Shown here one piece after another: positions 1 to 13,445 of a stretch of DNA of 64,000 nucleotides. The position numbers and the translations under genes were made by a program. Under the pieces are notes generated by a model. That model was not told the origin of the DNA and did no database searches. It was given only the letters and a program-made list of their open reading frames with translations. Origin of the DNA: Sphagnum compactum (taxonomy: Eukaryota). The DNA is taken from contig OZ234493.1 of the NCBI GenBank assembly GCA_965153455.1, forward strand, positions 2,294,001 through 2,358,000. The letters run 5' to 3'. Within the stretch, counting starts at the first letter, position 1, and each line of letters begins with the position of its first letter.

Positions 1-3000
1 TGATTTAGGGTTAAAGATGTGAATTTGTTTTTTAATAGTCATAGAAAATTATGATTACAAATGGGTTTTTAATTATGATATACCTAGAATTCTAATGCAG
101 GTATTAATTTCATTATGTCTTCTTGCCATAACATTGAGTATTTCAATAAATGTGTTATTATGTCAAATTAAGAATCACCCATATTATAATGAAAATTAAT
201 AAATATTAAATTATACATATATCTCCATGAATTGTAATAAAAGATGCAAACATAAATAAATTTCAAATCCCAAATGTATGGTATTATTTTCTTACTAACA
301 TTAAATTCCAAAATTTGCTACAATTTATTATTAAATGTCATAAATAATGTATTTACATGTTATAAAATTTACTTTTGATTGATTAATTATTTTTATAAAA
401 TGAAATTACAATACAATTAAGACTTAGGGTTAAGGATTTAGAATTAATTTTTTTTTATAATGGTTTTGAATCAATTTCAAATGTAAATTTTATGTTGTTA
501 TTTAATATGTGAATAAAATGCCAAATTATTTTTAAATTTTCTTGTTAATATTGCTCTTAATGTGGATATAATTTTAATCACAATTCTATGATATTTTAAT
601 ACATTGAATCAATATTAATACAATGCAAATGTAAGGTTTGTTCAAAAAAATTGTGTGGAAGAAATTCACCATTTTGTAATATGGTCAAGTGAACCATTTG
701 CAAAAACAAAGGTTTAGGGTTTATTTTAAGAATTTTTGTATGTAAATAATATTAATATTATATAATATTTCAATATTTTCTATAGTCTAAATAATATTTA
801 TATATTATAATTATATTTAAATACTGAATAAAATACCTTAAATGATGTGAAATTTATTGTGTTATTTAATTGAATATTAGTTTCGTACAATTCAACAATA
901 CCCTTAACTAGTGCAATAAAAAATAAAGAGTGAATGTTATCTAAACCAAAACCTTCAATTTTTTTTTAAAATTTTCTCATGTTGCACCACAAAAGTGGTG
1001 ATGAACCAAAAGTAGATTCAACCAAATCTAAGATTCCCATACCATGTTGGCCAACCACTAAATTCTATGAACTAAATATGGAAAATTTATAAAGGTGAGT
1101 ATTTATTTGGAATAAAATGCGAATAGTTCTTTGAACCATGTTACTTATAATAATTGATTAAAAAAATGGCAAATCTTCAAGTTGGTCACAAATAAATTCG
1201 TTGCAATCCAATATTAATACAATTTAGATGTAAAGTTTAGGGTTAATTTGAATAGATGGGGTATTTAAAGTAACATGATATTATTTAGTTTTTGAATTAT
1301 GGACTTGTGATATTGATATGAAATTTTAGAATTGAATATTTATTAATGGGTTTTATTTTATACCATTCTAAAATATGTTTAAATATTATAACTTATGATA
1401 TAAATGTGATATATTATCAAACCTTTTTATTTTATTTTATAGTTATATATTTTAGATATTTCCTATTTCATGCATGTATTGCATTTGGTTGAAAAGATGC
1501 CCCTAAGTAACTTAGATGATGAAGGAACAATTGTTTTGCAATATCTTAATAATCAAAGCTTATTAAATAGAGCGGGGCTTTTGGTGAGGTTACACAATGC
1601 ATATTTATGTAGGTATTGCAAGAAGCTTGGAAACCTTAAACCCCTGAAGTTTGGAAAAAATGAAGCATGCCCATAGTCAATGTTTTTACCTTTAAAGATG
1701 AGGGTATTGCTAATGGTTTAGGGTTTTTATTTATGAATATCTTTTGGATATTTCCTATTACATTTGGTCCATTGGATGTAGGTATTGCATTTCATGGACA
1801 AGATGCACTTAAGTGATGAATGGTTAAGTTTTGTAATACCCAAAAACACTGGAAGAAAATTGATCATATGCGACTATAAATTGCAATTATAATTTAGTCA
1901 CAAGCAACATATGCAACTACTAAGTTTTGTAGTTGCATTAAACAAGTCACATCCAACATAGTTGCAAATGTTAACATCATGCTAATGTTAGTTAATTCTT
2001 GACGGATGAATTTTTTTTACTTTGACCATATTAGATTTTCGTTGACCGCATGGGTTTTGTGACTATAGTTGTCACTAGTAACCACTTGCAAATAGGCTAA
2101 TGCACCTTCGCCATGTGTTTAATTCGCATCAATTCTAGAAATTCAACAAATATTTACACATTAATTTATCTCAACCATCCACCATTAACGCTTAGGATCT
2201 TTGCATGTGGCCAATGTACATTACACCAAATGGAAAAAAATTCCATCCAAGATTTTTCATCTGAATTTTTCATCCATGTTTTTCATTAAAAAAATATTGT
2301 CCAAACTTTTCATCCACATTTTTCCATCCCATTTTCATCTAGGTGTTTTCATCCAAGTTTTCCATCTAAGTTTTCCATCTATTTTTCTTAATCCAATATC
2401 TTTCCATACAAGGTTTTCCATTGTGTTGGGAACAAGCCTTGTGGCATTATCTAGAAGGCCCACATGGCAAACATTTCGTATTAATAATATAAATTAAAAA
2501 TTCAGAAAATTAAATAAACAATTTATGAATCCTTCATATTTTACCACATAAATTGTTGTCATTAAGCCATGTGGCAACCATTTTTGATAGCCAAAATCAA
2601 ATTTTAAAATTCTAGGAATTTTTGTAGAATTTGAATAACAAATGCATAACACATTTGAGATTTGGTGTGTGTTGTGTTATTTGATTTTATGTTTAAACAT
2701 ATTTTTAAAATAATATTCTTTATTTTTAGCTATATTTATTTTCAAAAGCTTCTAATGCTTTCAAGTTTTTTTTACACATGCAAAGTAGGCGTCTACTCAA
2801 TGTTCTTATATTGCCTTTTTTGTCTAAATTTTCAGTCTTTTGTAATAATGCCAAATTTTGCCAAATAAACTAATAAAGATTCTTTTATAAAAATGAAAAT
2901 GGAGGGGAAAAACAAGATAATTTTTTTAAAAGTAAAGCACTAAAGGAGAACTCCTACTCCTCTTATGTAGAAATAAAAGTAAAAAAAATGGAAATAACTA

Positions 3001-4912
3001 TTACCTACCTGGTGAAAAATTTATTTAACTCAAATTCTAAATCCCTTTGTTTTTTGCGCTTGCACTTGCAATTTTTACTTTTGTTGTGAGAGCTACACCA
3101 ACTTGTGTGTATCCAATTTTCTATGAGTTCCATGACATATTTTATTAGAATATATACCAAGTATACTACCATATTGCTTTGGCCCTTTAAATGATGTCCC
3201 TACACATGATATACAATTATTATAATTAAATAAATTTTAATTTTAAATAAAATGTAATTCAAATTCATATTAAAAAATTGAATACTTACTAGAAAGGAAC
3301 CATATGATGATTTGACATAAGTCATCACATCATGTGTTATTGCTAGTCCTTTTTTATGTAAGGTGGTTTTATGTTTCTTCAACTGATCATGATTAGTTAT
3401 GCACATCCATTGCAACCGATTGAACATAATAAACATGTGAATATAATCACATGTGGGCCTACATGCACACTATTTAAACCATTCATCATCACAAATCAAA
3501 TTTGTTTATTTAATTATGTTTACAAACTTATCAAAAATTCCAAACTTGAATAGAAAAGCAAAATTGAATATGAAAATAATAAAATTATTATTTTATTTTA
3601 AATGATGCATTGAAAAAATGTTTTAATACTAAAAAATTACAACCCCATATGTTAATAAGCATAGACATTCAATTTATTAATAAATATGAACTATTTTTCC
3701 AATGTTGAATACAATACATTATAAATATGAAATTTTAATTGATTTAATCATATTTTTTCCATCATTTTAGTTTTTAAAGTTATCACTTGGCCTTTTTGTA
3801 TCACGAGGTTTCATGTCATTATGAAATATTAAAAAAAATTCATATGACTAATTTTTAAAATGAAGTCTATTTGATATACGTACAATTAATTAGTTTCAAT
3901 GCTTTTCAATTATTCAAATGAGATTTTAAAAAAAATTTGATTTGAAAGATTATGCAAGAATTGATTAAAATAAAACCACACATTAAAATTTAAAATAAAT
4001 TAAAATTTAAATATAAAATTTATTTTTTTGAAATAGAAATGTTTTCAATTAATTTGATGTTATTTTTAAAAAACTTCAATAAAGCTTTGAATGAAAATTT
4101 GATAACAAAAATCATAATGAAATTAAAATTTATAATTGATTAATTTGTTTTCTTAATATTGTTGTTGTTTTTTATGTTATAAAAAATATATTTTTGACCT
4201 AAGAATAATAGACATAATAAAACACCCCAATAAATGAATGCATTATTGACACACAAAATAAATGGGAACAATTGGGGTGTTTTAAAAATGTGTTGATATT
4301 CATGTTAAAGTTATCAAACATAACTATGGGAACAAATTAAAGGTGAACAAATTTTAGTTTAGTTTTTGAAACATATTATTTTTCTTAAAATTAGAAATTT
4401 TCAAAAATAATTTTTAATTACTACGGAACTAAAAAGGCACTACTAATATAATATCTTCAATTATTATATATATACCCACAACTAATTCTCAGCACAAAAT
4501 AATTAGCAAAAAGATGTACCTGAAATCTTTTTTATTGGGTATTTGTTGAAAATTTTGAAAATTAAAAAAACCATTGAGTTACTATTACAAATGCACAAAC
4601 GCCAAATGAATTTTGTCTATTACTTAATTGGCGCTGAATCGGTTTCTAGGGTTGGCGAAAAGTGGCGAAACTCTCACCTCCTCCCGTCGTCGTCTTCACT
4701 CCACGACCGACCTAAAACTCCTTGAAGCAGCAGCAAGCGCGTTGTTGTTGTTGTTCTTGTTGGGAAGACGGCGTTGCTGCTGCGCGCTCCCTCACTCCTC
4801 TTGCTCTTCTGTCGAGCGTCGGCGAAATTGCAATTCCATCACTTCCTTCCTTCCTTCCTTGGACGCTCTTTTCTGCGACTCGTCTACCAGGTCAGTGTTT
4901 CTCTCTTGCTGT

Positions 4913-4950
4913 TGATGATGATGATGATGATGATGATTATGATGATGATG
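4913..4950. repeat. (GAT)n microsatellite at the start of the probable ARFC1 5'UTR intron
   Basis: gatgatgatgatgatgatgatgattatgatgatgatg is seen directly. Confidence 0.9.
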
Positions 4951-5639
4951 GGAGTCAGGGAAGTCCGTGTGAGATTCAATACTGTCTCTACAAATTTCAC
5001 TAAACAGCATGCAGGAATGAGGGTGTCTTATTTATCATGAGATTTAGGGTTACAGTAGAAAGGGCAGGGTTGTCAGAGAAGAAGAAAGATCTTGGGAGTT
5101 GGAGGAAGGATGAGAATGATGAGAGAAGATGAGTTTTGGTCCTTTGTTATTATGTTGTTAGGGTGAGGGAATCTGGTGTCTATTGATTGAGGACCAATCT
5201 GGGTAGGTCTGTTGTTGATGGCTTTTGATGGGGGGATGTGTGTTTGGTATTCTCTTTGTTAGATGCATCTTTTCCTAAGTTGGATCTGCCATGGGTTTTT
5301 TTTTTGAATTGTGTCTTTTTCCCCTTGTTCAGTGATTGAATCAGGCTCTTCGAGAAAAAGTGGCATCACCTGGTGAACGAAATCCCAGTTTTATCAGTAG
5401 GTTTCATTGTTTACAGTAAGAGCAAAGGGGGTTGAGGAAGCAAACTTGGAGACTTGGTTCATGATTGCAAGAGAAGCTTCGATTTGTGCAGTCTCATAGA
5501 GCAAGTGAAAAACCATGGTTGTAATGTGATCTGGTAAGCAGAAGAAGAGTGCAAGTGGGAGTCTCATAAGGAAAGGCGTCCTTTCCATTCAGTGGATAAC
5601 TTTCGAGAGAGGGAAGGAGGATCCTTGCAGGACTGCAGA

Positions 5640-6194
5640 ATGGGGGTTTTATTGTCAAGGCTATGGTTCTTCATGTTTCCAGCGAAGGAGTACAAGATTG
5701 TGGTAGTTGGGCTGGACAATGCTGGCAAGACAACAACTCTTTACAAATTGCATTTGGGAGAGGTGGTGGTCACACAACCTACTGTTGGCAGCAATGTTGA
5801 AGAACTTGTGTACAAAAACATCCGCTTTGAGGTATGGGATTTGGGGGGCCAGGAGAGGTTGCGGCCATCTTGGGCAACTTACTATCGAGGAACTCATGCA
5901 GTGGTGATGGTGGTTGATAGCACTGACCGGGATAGAATTGCAATCACCAAGGATGAGTTGTTCAAGTTGTTGCAACATGAAGAATTACAGCATGCAGTGG
6001 TGCTAGTCTTTGCAAACAAGCAGGACCTTAAAGATGCTATGACACCAGCGGAGATCAGTGATGCTCTCTCATTGCACACCATTAAGAAGCATGATTGGCA
6101 CATCCAAGCATGTTGTGCCCTAACAGGGGAAGGATTATGGGATGGGTTAGGTTGGATTGCTCAGCATGTCACAGGAGCCCAAGTGGTATCCTAG
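5640..6194 (+). CDS. ARFC1: ADP-ribosylation factor-like GTPase, ARL5/ARFC1 type (184 aa, intronless CDS)
   Basis: ATG at 5640 gives [32 protein letters not shown] (P-loop), WDLGGQ (G3), NKQD (G4) and CCALTG (G5), with Gly2 as a myristoylation candidate. It closely resembles plant ARFC1/ARL5 as I recall the family. Probable 5'UTR intron from donor CAG|GTCAGT (4891) to acceptor TTGCAG| (5630). Confidence 0.95.
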   Translation: MGVLLSRLWFFMFPAKEYKIVVVGLDNAGKTTTLYKLHLGEVVVTQPTVGSNVEELVYKNIRFEVWDLGGQERLRPSWATYYRGTHAVVMVVDSTDRDRIAITKDELFKLLQHEELQHAVVLVFANKQDLKDAMTPAEISDALSLHTIKKHDWHIQACCALTGEGLWDGLGWIAQHVTGAQVVS

Positions 6195-8639
6195 GAAGCA
6201 ATAACATGGGTCAGTTCACTTCTTGTGTGTCTTACAGGCTCTACCTTGGAATTAGCCTACTTTCTTATTGGAAACAAGCATATGCAGTACTCAGTTTTGT
6301 TGGTTTCAGACCATGACACCCAAGAAGCCCATATAGTTATGACACTTGTTCTGCTAATTTCTCCATCAACGACAGCAAGCACATGATTATCTGAACGGGG
6401 CCTGGGTTTGGCATGACCAGCATGGACACTTCATGTGAATTGTGAGGTCACAATCCTCTCTCTCTTGTTTGGAAAGACCTAGCCTGCAGTTGTTCGAATG
6501 TCTGGGTGACGTAGGCAAATGCCAGCACTCTTTTGGCTTTAGTTTAGATTCTGGTTAATAACAAGCATGTACTCTATATTTAGATGTCTTTTGCATAAAC
6601 CACGACCGTTAGTAACATTGGAGTGGATCCACTCAATTCTCAATTGTTGTTGCTGTATGCTGGAGATTCAATGCTAAGACGGTTTCCTTTATAATATATG
6701 GTGTGCACAGCAGATTGAGAGAGGATAGGAGCTAGAAATTAGATGCATGTACAAAATAGTGGACCATGATTTGCTTGGGGTCGTAAGCAGCAGCTGTCAT
6801 GCAGCTTGCTTGCAACAATTGTGGCCATCTTGTTTATGCAGTTGGGTTTCATCTGTTTGAATTTGCTTTCAAATTGATGGACAGAACTCAGACAAATTCC
6901 CCTAGTGATTTTGGTGGGCACCTTATATGTGGTAACATCCCTTCTAGAGAAGAGGAGGGACATTACACCTCCTACTACTTAGAAGATCGAGGGAGCTTAT
7001 GCATACTTCCTTCATAAGTAGGTGTAGTATCTATCCCTCTCTTAATGAGTGGGTGCAACAAATACATTTCATAGATTTTAAAAAATGATTACCTACAAAG
7101 TTTGTATTCATGAAAATCATTATAATTGTTTATCATGTAAAATGGTTTTAAATATAAAAAATACATTCTTTACCATTGTAGATGTTTAAATTATAATAAT
7201 ATCTCTAATTTATTTCTTCACAATGTGTAAATCAAAAGTATAAGTAATGAAAGTTGGAGCTAATGCAAATGCCATCATAATATTTTTGAATATTTTGAAA
7301 AAAGTATGAATTATATTCAATTATAAATTTATTCAATTGACATTATATCACCTTGGATTCATCTAGAGCTTTTTCCTTGGCCACAAGGTTTTAGTGATTG
7401 ATGGCTTTCATACTCTATTCATTGCATTGATTTTTTTGGGGTGAATTTTTTCCATTTTGCAAAAAAAAAATTCTAATACAAATTCTTTTATGTTTTGAAA
7501 GAAACCTCCAAGAATTGTTTTTTGAAAAATTGCCAAAAATCATCACAATTGCGTTAAGCATGAAAAGGTGCTTAACATTTTCTACTGTCATATTTTTAAT
7601 ATCACCAAATTTGGTTTACAAAAAAGGCAAACAACACATTAATGTGCCATAATTAACAAACTAATTGTTTGAAATAAAATGATAATTCACATTTACTATC
7701 AAATATTATTTAATATGCACTAGTTAATAAGTTATTAGAAAATATATTCATTATTATATATTTAAATATGACTTTGTTTTGCTATTAACTTATTAATAGT
7801 TGAACAACAAGCACAAAATAGTGCAAAAAAAAAAAATTTATAGTGGCAACATAGTGTGCCATAATGGCACACTATTGGGTGGTTATTTGATTTTGGAAAG
7901 TCCTTGTTGAAATTAGACAAGGAACAAAGGCATATAGGTAAATAGTAGAGGCCAAAATTTGAAAGACTTGCATTCTCACTCGACCTCATCAAATATAATT
8001 CTTGTGATAATCTTTTTTGACTCCAACTTGGCAAAATTTTAAAAATTCTTAATTAATTAATTAATATTTGTTAGCTTTTTGTGAAATCAATTTTGTTTGG
8101 AAGGTTTTGAAATAACTAAAATTGGTGATTCTTTGATTTTAATTTAAAAACATGCTTAGAACCAGCAGTTATTGAAAAATCAAAGAACCATCCCACAATT
8201 GCCAGGACCTTAACAATTAGCACGAAAAGGATGTTAAAGAGATGTTAGGGTTTGTGCACCCTTTTGTACAATAAGAGAAGCATGTGTTGGAAGTTCAAAA
8301 TTCTTAGCTCCTTGCAATTTGGCATGTCATTTGCATGATGGCCAACATGCAAAAGACATGAAACATTTAAGTCCTTAAAGCATTTCCAACAATGTTTGTA
8401 TATCATTCTGCAATGACATTATACAATGGTGAAAAGGTAGTTTTATCAACCCTCAATAGTCACCGATGACAATAAATAAGTTGTTAGGATTGGTTAGTTT
8501 TGAGCTAGGCTTTGCAATTTGGTGGAAAATACCAAGCTTGACAAAAGGTTCAGTAGATGTAATCAAACAACATTGATCGTGCTAGCAATGTGTCTCATAT
8601 GATCGTTGCAAACTTTCATGGACACATAAGAACCCAATG

Positions 8640-9330
8640 CTCGCGTGGTGTGGAAAAAAAGCCATAAAAAGAAAAGAAAATTGTGGCCAATGAAAAAATG
8701 CAACTATGTCGGTCAATGTTTCATGTGTTGCAAGATCATGTCATAGGAAACGGGCAAAAGAATCAAACTTTTTGGAAGAGGATTACTACACACTACAACA
8801 ACAATTAGCCTCTATGTTGTGTAGAACGTTTAGCTAGAAGCTTGGAGACCAAATCGGGAGTGATCAAACACAATGTAACAAAAATTTGTGGCAATTGTCA
8901 AGTGGTGGCTACTCTCAACAAAAGCAATGAGTCTTCTAAAGATGCATTCCAAAAAACTCTATAACTTTTCAAAGCAAAACATCAAAAATAGGTTCATTTG
9001 TTTTAATACATTATTCTAGTTGATTCTTAAAGATGTTCTTAAGTGGGTAGAAACTAGAAAGGAGAATAGGATTTGATTGAACCCCATGAAGTGGGAAGCT
9101 TTTGTTGAGCCAATGAATTTAGTTGAAAGCATGGAAGAAATTGAAGAAATATCAAAAGTTAATGTAGATGAGGAATTTGGTAACAAGTCCAAAATTTTGA
9201 AGTGACCACAAGGTTCATGAGCAACCAAGATAAAAGAAAAATCAAAAGCAGAAAAATGTGCATTTAGAACACAAGCAATAACCATTGCCAACATGGCAAC
9301 AACTACACTAAAAAAAACTGCAATAACGGA
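8640..9330 (+). pseudogene. Decayed Myb/SANT-like DNA-binding gene of a PIF/Harbinger transposon
   Basis: Frame-broken fragments GNGQKNQTFWKRI, RSLETK.GVIKHNVTK and ILKDVLKW match the second (Myb-like/NAM-associated) protein of plant Harbinger elements. Many stops and frameshifts; ends approximate. Confidence 0.7.
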
Positions 9331-9720
9331 AGATTAAAATGCATTTGTGCGTTTCCAAATTTAACATATGAATTTGCAAAACTTGAGGCCTATAAGTACT
9401 TAAACTTGTGACACTTTGAAGGACTAGATAAATTATGTTGACAACTCTGACTTGCCCCATCGCTTCCATCACTTTCGAAAGTTTCATCATTGACAATAAT
9501 CATTAAACTTGTAGTAGATTATTCAATTCTGGTAGAAGACCCAAACTTGGGTGCTTCTACAGCTATGCACAATAGACTTAACGTATGTGAAGAGAAAGAT
9601 GAAGAAGGTAGGATCAACAATAATTTTGCTACGAAGGCCTTTAATTTTAATGGAGATTTTAATTTGAACCAAGTTGGTTGAAACCTTTCATGGCCCACAA
9701 ATGTTCCACAAGATTTGATC

Positions 9721-12650
9721 TTAAATTGAAGTGGGTATGTGAGTTTTCAATCTCTTGAGTGCCTTGCATGATTGCATGAATGAATTAAATGTTAACCCTC
9801 GATTTAATTGCACAAGATTTGCTTGTTGAAAGAAAGGTTCCAAATGATTGTTTATATCATCTTCAATTATCATATTATGGAGAATCGCACAAGCAACCAT
9901 CACTTCATAAATTATATCCATTTTCCATAATCTACATGGATTTTGGATGATCGCAAAGTGAGCTTGTAAAGTGTTGAAACATCTTTCAACGTCCTTTTTC
10001 ACACCTTCCTACATTTTTGCAAAATGTGGTATTTTTTAATATCTTAATTCATGTATGGCTTGTACCAATGTTGTGCATGTAAATGTCAATACCTATATAT
10101 AGGACATGTAAATCTTGTGCAGGTGTAAATCATTTACATTTATATGTCTGAATTTTTACACTTACACTAACAATGTTGTTGTGGATATATATTTTACTAC
10201 ACTTACACGACGCTAATGTAAATATTTGTCAAATACATTTACATGGACCTCTGTAAATGTTTTGAGGGTGTATAAATGTAAGTGTATATGTATATATTTT
10301 TGTAAAATCACCTTGTCATTTGGCCTCTTTCCACCCCCAAATCTCTTTTCTAATGGTATCCATAATTATTTTTTTAAAAATTAAATTTTAATATGAAATG
10401 TTAAAATTCATCATTTAATGCATAAGGTTCAAGAATAATTATAGTTCTATCATGAATGTCAACGTTATGTAATTCATTCATATGAATGTTCATCCATGAC
10501 TTGTAATGAACTTGTATTAATTTTAAATTTAAATTTAATTCATTTTCATTTAACTACTAGTTAAGTTTTACTTTTACTTTTAGTCAATTCTTAGTTCATT
10601 TCCAGTTAACTTTTAGTTTATTCTTAGTTAAATTCTAGTTCACTTCCAATTCACTTCTAATTAATTTTTAGTTCATTTCCAGTTAATTTTTAATTAACTC
10701 TCAGTTTATTTGTAGTTGAATTTAATTTCATTTTTAATTAAATTGTAGTTCACTTTTAGTTGAATCTTAATCCATTCATAATTTACACATGGGTGAACAC
10801 AAGCCACATGTGGGTTGGAAGTTCTTTGAGGTAGATGCCTAATGGGTACAAATAAAGGTAAAATTTTCATTATTTTAGTTTGTTCAACATTAGTTTTGGG
10901 TATGTTTTTTTATTATAACCTTGTTTTGTTTTTCCCTTGCAACAAAATCTTGTTGGATTCTTGTTTTGCACGTGTCGTGTTTTTTTTTTTTGTTTCACAA
11001 TCAGTTTTGGAACTAAGCATGCCCTTGTTATCATATTGGCTAAAAAATCATGTAGACCTAGTTGTTTTTGTGCCCATGACAATAGATATGTAGGTTGGCG
11101 TAATGAAATTATATGTAGCAACTATGGAGGCACTAAAAAAAAGGAAAAACAAAATGAACTCAACTTATTATACAAATTGATGGTTTTTAAAATTCCACCC
11201 CTTGACCTTAAATGATAATCTATTTTTTAAAGTGTTTTTTCTGAAATAATCAGCCTTTTTTATTATCAAATTCAAGGTTTTAATGTTGTGTTTTCCTAAC
11301 CTTAAAGATAATTTTATTAATTAGTTGTGGGTGCATGTTTTGACTTTTTTTTTGCAATGAGCCAGTTGGTTGGCCTCATCAAAAACATTATGAAATCCCC
11401 CCTCCTCAAGTAAAAATCACATTTTTTCATTGTTTTACATTTACATTATTTAACACAATCATGTAAAATGATATAAATGTATTTGTTTTACGTTTACACT
11501 TTTTCACAATCATTAAAATCATGTAAATGCATTTATTTTTACATTTACCTTTACACATTTCTACACGGCATAAAATGAAATTACACGGTTTTACACTTGC
11601 ATTTACACGTTTCATGTTCTACAATTACACTTACACAATGTAAATAAATATTAAACATTTATACTTACATGAATTGTAAATAAATTTGATTGTGGGATTT
11701 ACACTTACATGGAATTTAAATCCCGAACGATTTACACACACAACATTAGTTTGTACAAAACAAGGCCACTATGGGTAAATTCCATTTGTCAAAAGATAGT
11801 AGTGGGGATGAGTTGTTCCATTCACAATAAAATTGAAATCTTGCCAACTCTTTGCCAACAAATTATAAATTAACAATGATTGGTCTGGAATGTTGATGTC
11901 ATTGTTTCCATTGGGAAGGCCAAAGAAAGCGTGTCAAATCCAAAGATATTGGTTTGCGATTGCTTCAAATATGATAGACCTATTTCCATCCTTATTTTGG
12001 AATTGTCTTTGCCAACTGATAGGGCAACAATTACTCCATTCATAATGCATACAGTCCAAGCTCACAAATATTCCTAAAAATCTTCAACTTTGCATTGATC
12101 TCCAATTGTTGTTCAATGTCAGTTTAAATAAGCTCTCTCAAATACAATGGCCGAAAATGTGCAACAATGGCGCGCACAAATCATTTGAGATGTTCATTTG
12201 TCGTACTCACCAAGTTTGCAATATTTGTTCATAGAATCAACAACACGTATTCCATACGTAAGTTGTCAAAGAACAACGATACATTTTTGGATTGTAGATG
12301 ATTCAAATTTTCCTATATAATCATGTCATTGCACAATAAAATCATCATACTCACAAAATGCAATGCATTATTCTCAAAAATAATGTGTGATCGATCCATC
12401 CTACAATGATACATGAATATACTTTCACCAAGTGTAGGCAAAGGTGCAAAGTAATCATGAAATGTCGTTTCATGACCTTGCTACCAATCTTTCAACAAAT
12501 TTTTCAATCACCCAGGCTTGAAACCATTGTGTGTTCTTGCAAGTTCTGTGTCATTTGCAAAGTTGATACACTATGCTAGCCAAAAATAACTCTTCACAAT
12601 TTTCATCTTCAATGGTAATCTTGGAATTGGAACAATAATCGTTGTCTCCA
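9721..12650 (-). mobile_element. Decayed PIF/Harbinger DDE transposase, interrupted by a nested insertion at 10066-11748
   Basis: Minus-strand fragments in the expected order: QGHETTFHDYF, QKC..L.QLTYG, DCMHYEW, PNGNNDINI.DQS, YYLLTNGIYP*WPCFVQ [insertion] QAIHE..HFAKM*EGVKKDVERCFNTLQAHFAII..ACAILHNMIIEDD. Many stops and frameshifts; 5' end approximate. Confidence 0.88.
10066..11748. mobile_element. Non-autonomous hAT-like DNA transposon (1683 bp) nested in the Harbinger transposase
   Basis: Left end CAATGTTGTGCATGTAAAT versus reverse complement of right end TAATGTTGTGTGTGTAAAT. Flanking 8-bp direct repeats GCTTGTAC (10058-10065) and GTTTGTAC (11749-11756). Dense TTACAC/TGTAAA subterminal repeats at both ends. 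No coding capacity recognised. Confidence 0.85.
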
Positions 12651-12679
12651 CATTGCTTGTGCCAATTCAGAAAGCTTTC

Positions 12680-12755
12680 TATGCAAGTTTGGATGCAATA
12701 AGAAGCTCAAGTGTATGCAAGTTTGGATGCAATAAGAAGCTCATGTGTATGCAAG
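12680..12755. repeat. 34-bp tandem duplication
   Basis: tatgcaagtttggatgcaataagaagctca(a/t)gtg x2 plus a partial third copy. Confidence 0.9.
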
Positions 12756-13360
12756 ATGTGTGCAAAGTTTGCATGTGAATTTGAGCAAAAGAAGGCGTAG
12801 GATCCAACCACCGGGTATCAATTTCTTCGGAAATGCCTGCCTGCCGTTGTTTTTTTTTTCCCCCTGGTGATAGATACCCGGTGGTGGGTAGCCACAGGGT
12901 ATGAAGACCATGACAATTATTTACGCCATGTAGAGAGAGAGAGCCCTTAGGGGCAGGCTTTATCGGAATTGGGCCCGGGGCCCCTAGTTAGGGGTCCTCC
13001 TCGCAGGGTCCTTATTGCTCTAGAGCCTGCCCCCCTCGGGCTTCACCGTACGCTGTAAAACCCTTACGTCTGTATACGTATACTGACACTCTACATACGT
13101 ATACATACAGACAGGCTTAAAACGAACAAGACATGTACTTGATGTTTTGGTCTCACACACGAACGAAGTTTCTCAGGCTCGGTGGATATTCTCATCCGAA
13201 CAGACGTGCGCGGCGTCAGATAATCTTGACTCTTCTTCATCCATGAGGATATCAGCCGCTGTACATAATATGGCCATGATCTCGTAAGGCGAAGACGAGG
13301 ATACGCCGGTAAGCTTCAAGCGAGAAGGCGAGCGTGCGCGCGAGACGGAGCGAGCGAGAC

Positions 13361-13395
<35 letters not shown>

Positions 13396-13445
13396 AAGTC
13401 GCGGCATCAGTGTGGGGGGGGAGAGAGAACAGGACGTCGGTCGTC

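Noticed and set aside
1-4500. AT-rich region with degenerate direct repeats and a possible CACTA-like start at 1847
   Set aside because: No matching second terminus, TSD or coding remnant could be established by eye.
4543-5040. Several overlapping 60-95 aa ORFs
   Set aside because: They arise from the GC-rich 5'UTR and the (GAT)n microsatellite of the ARFC1 gene.
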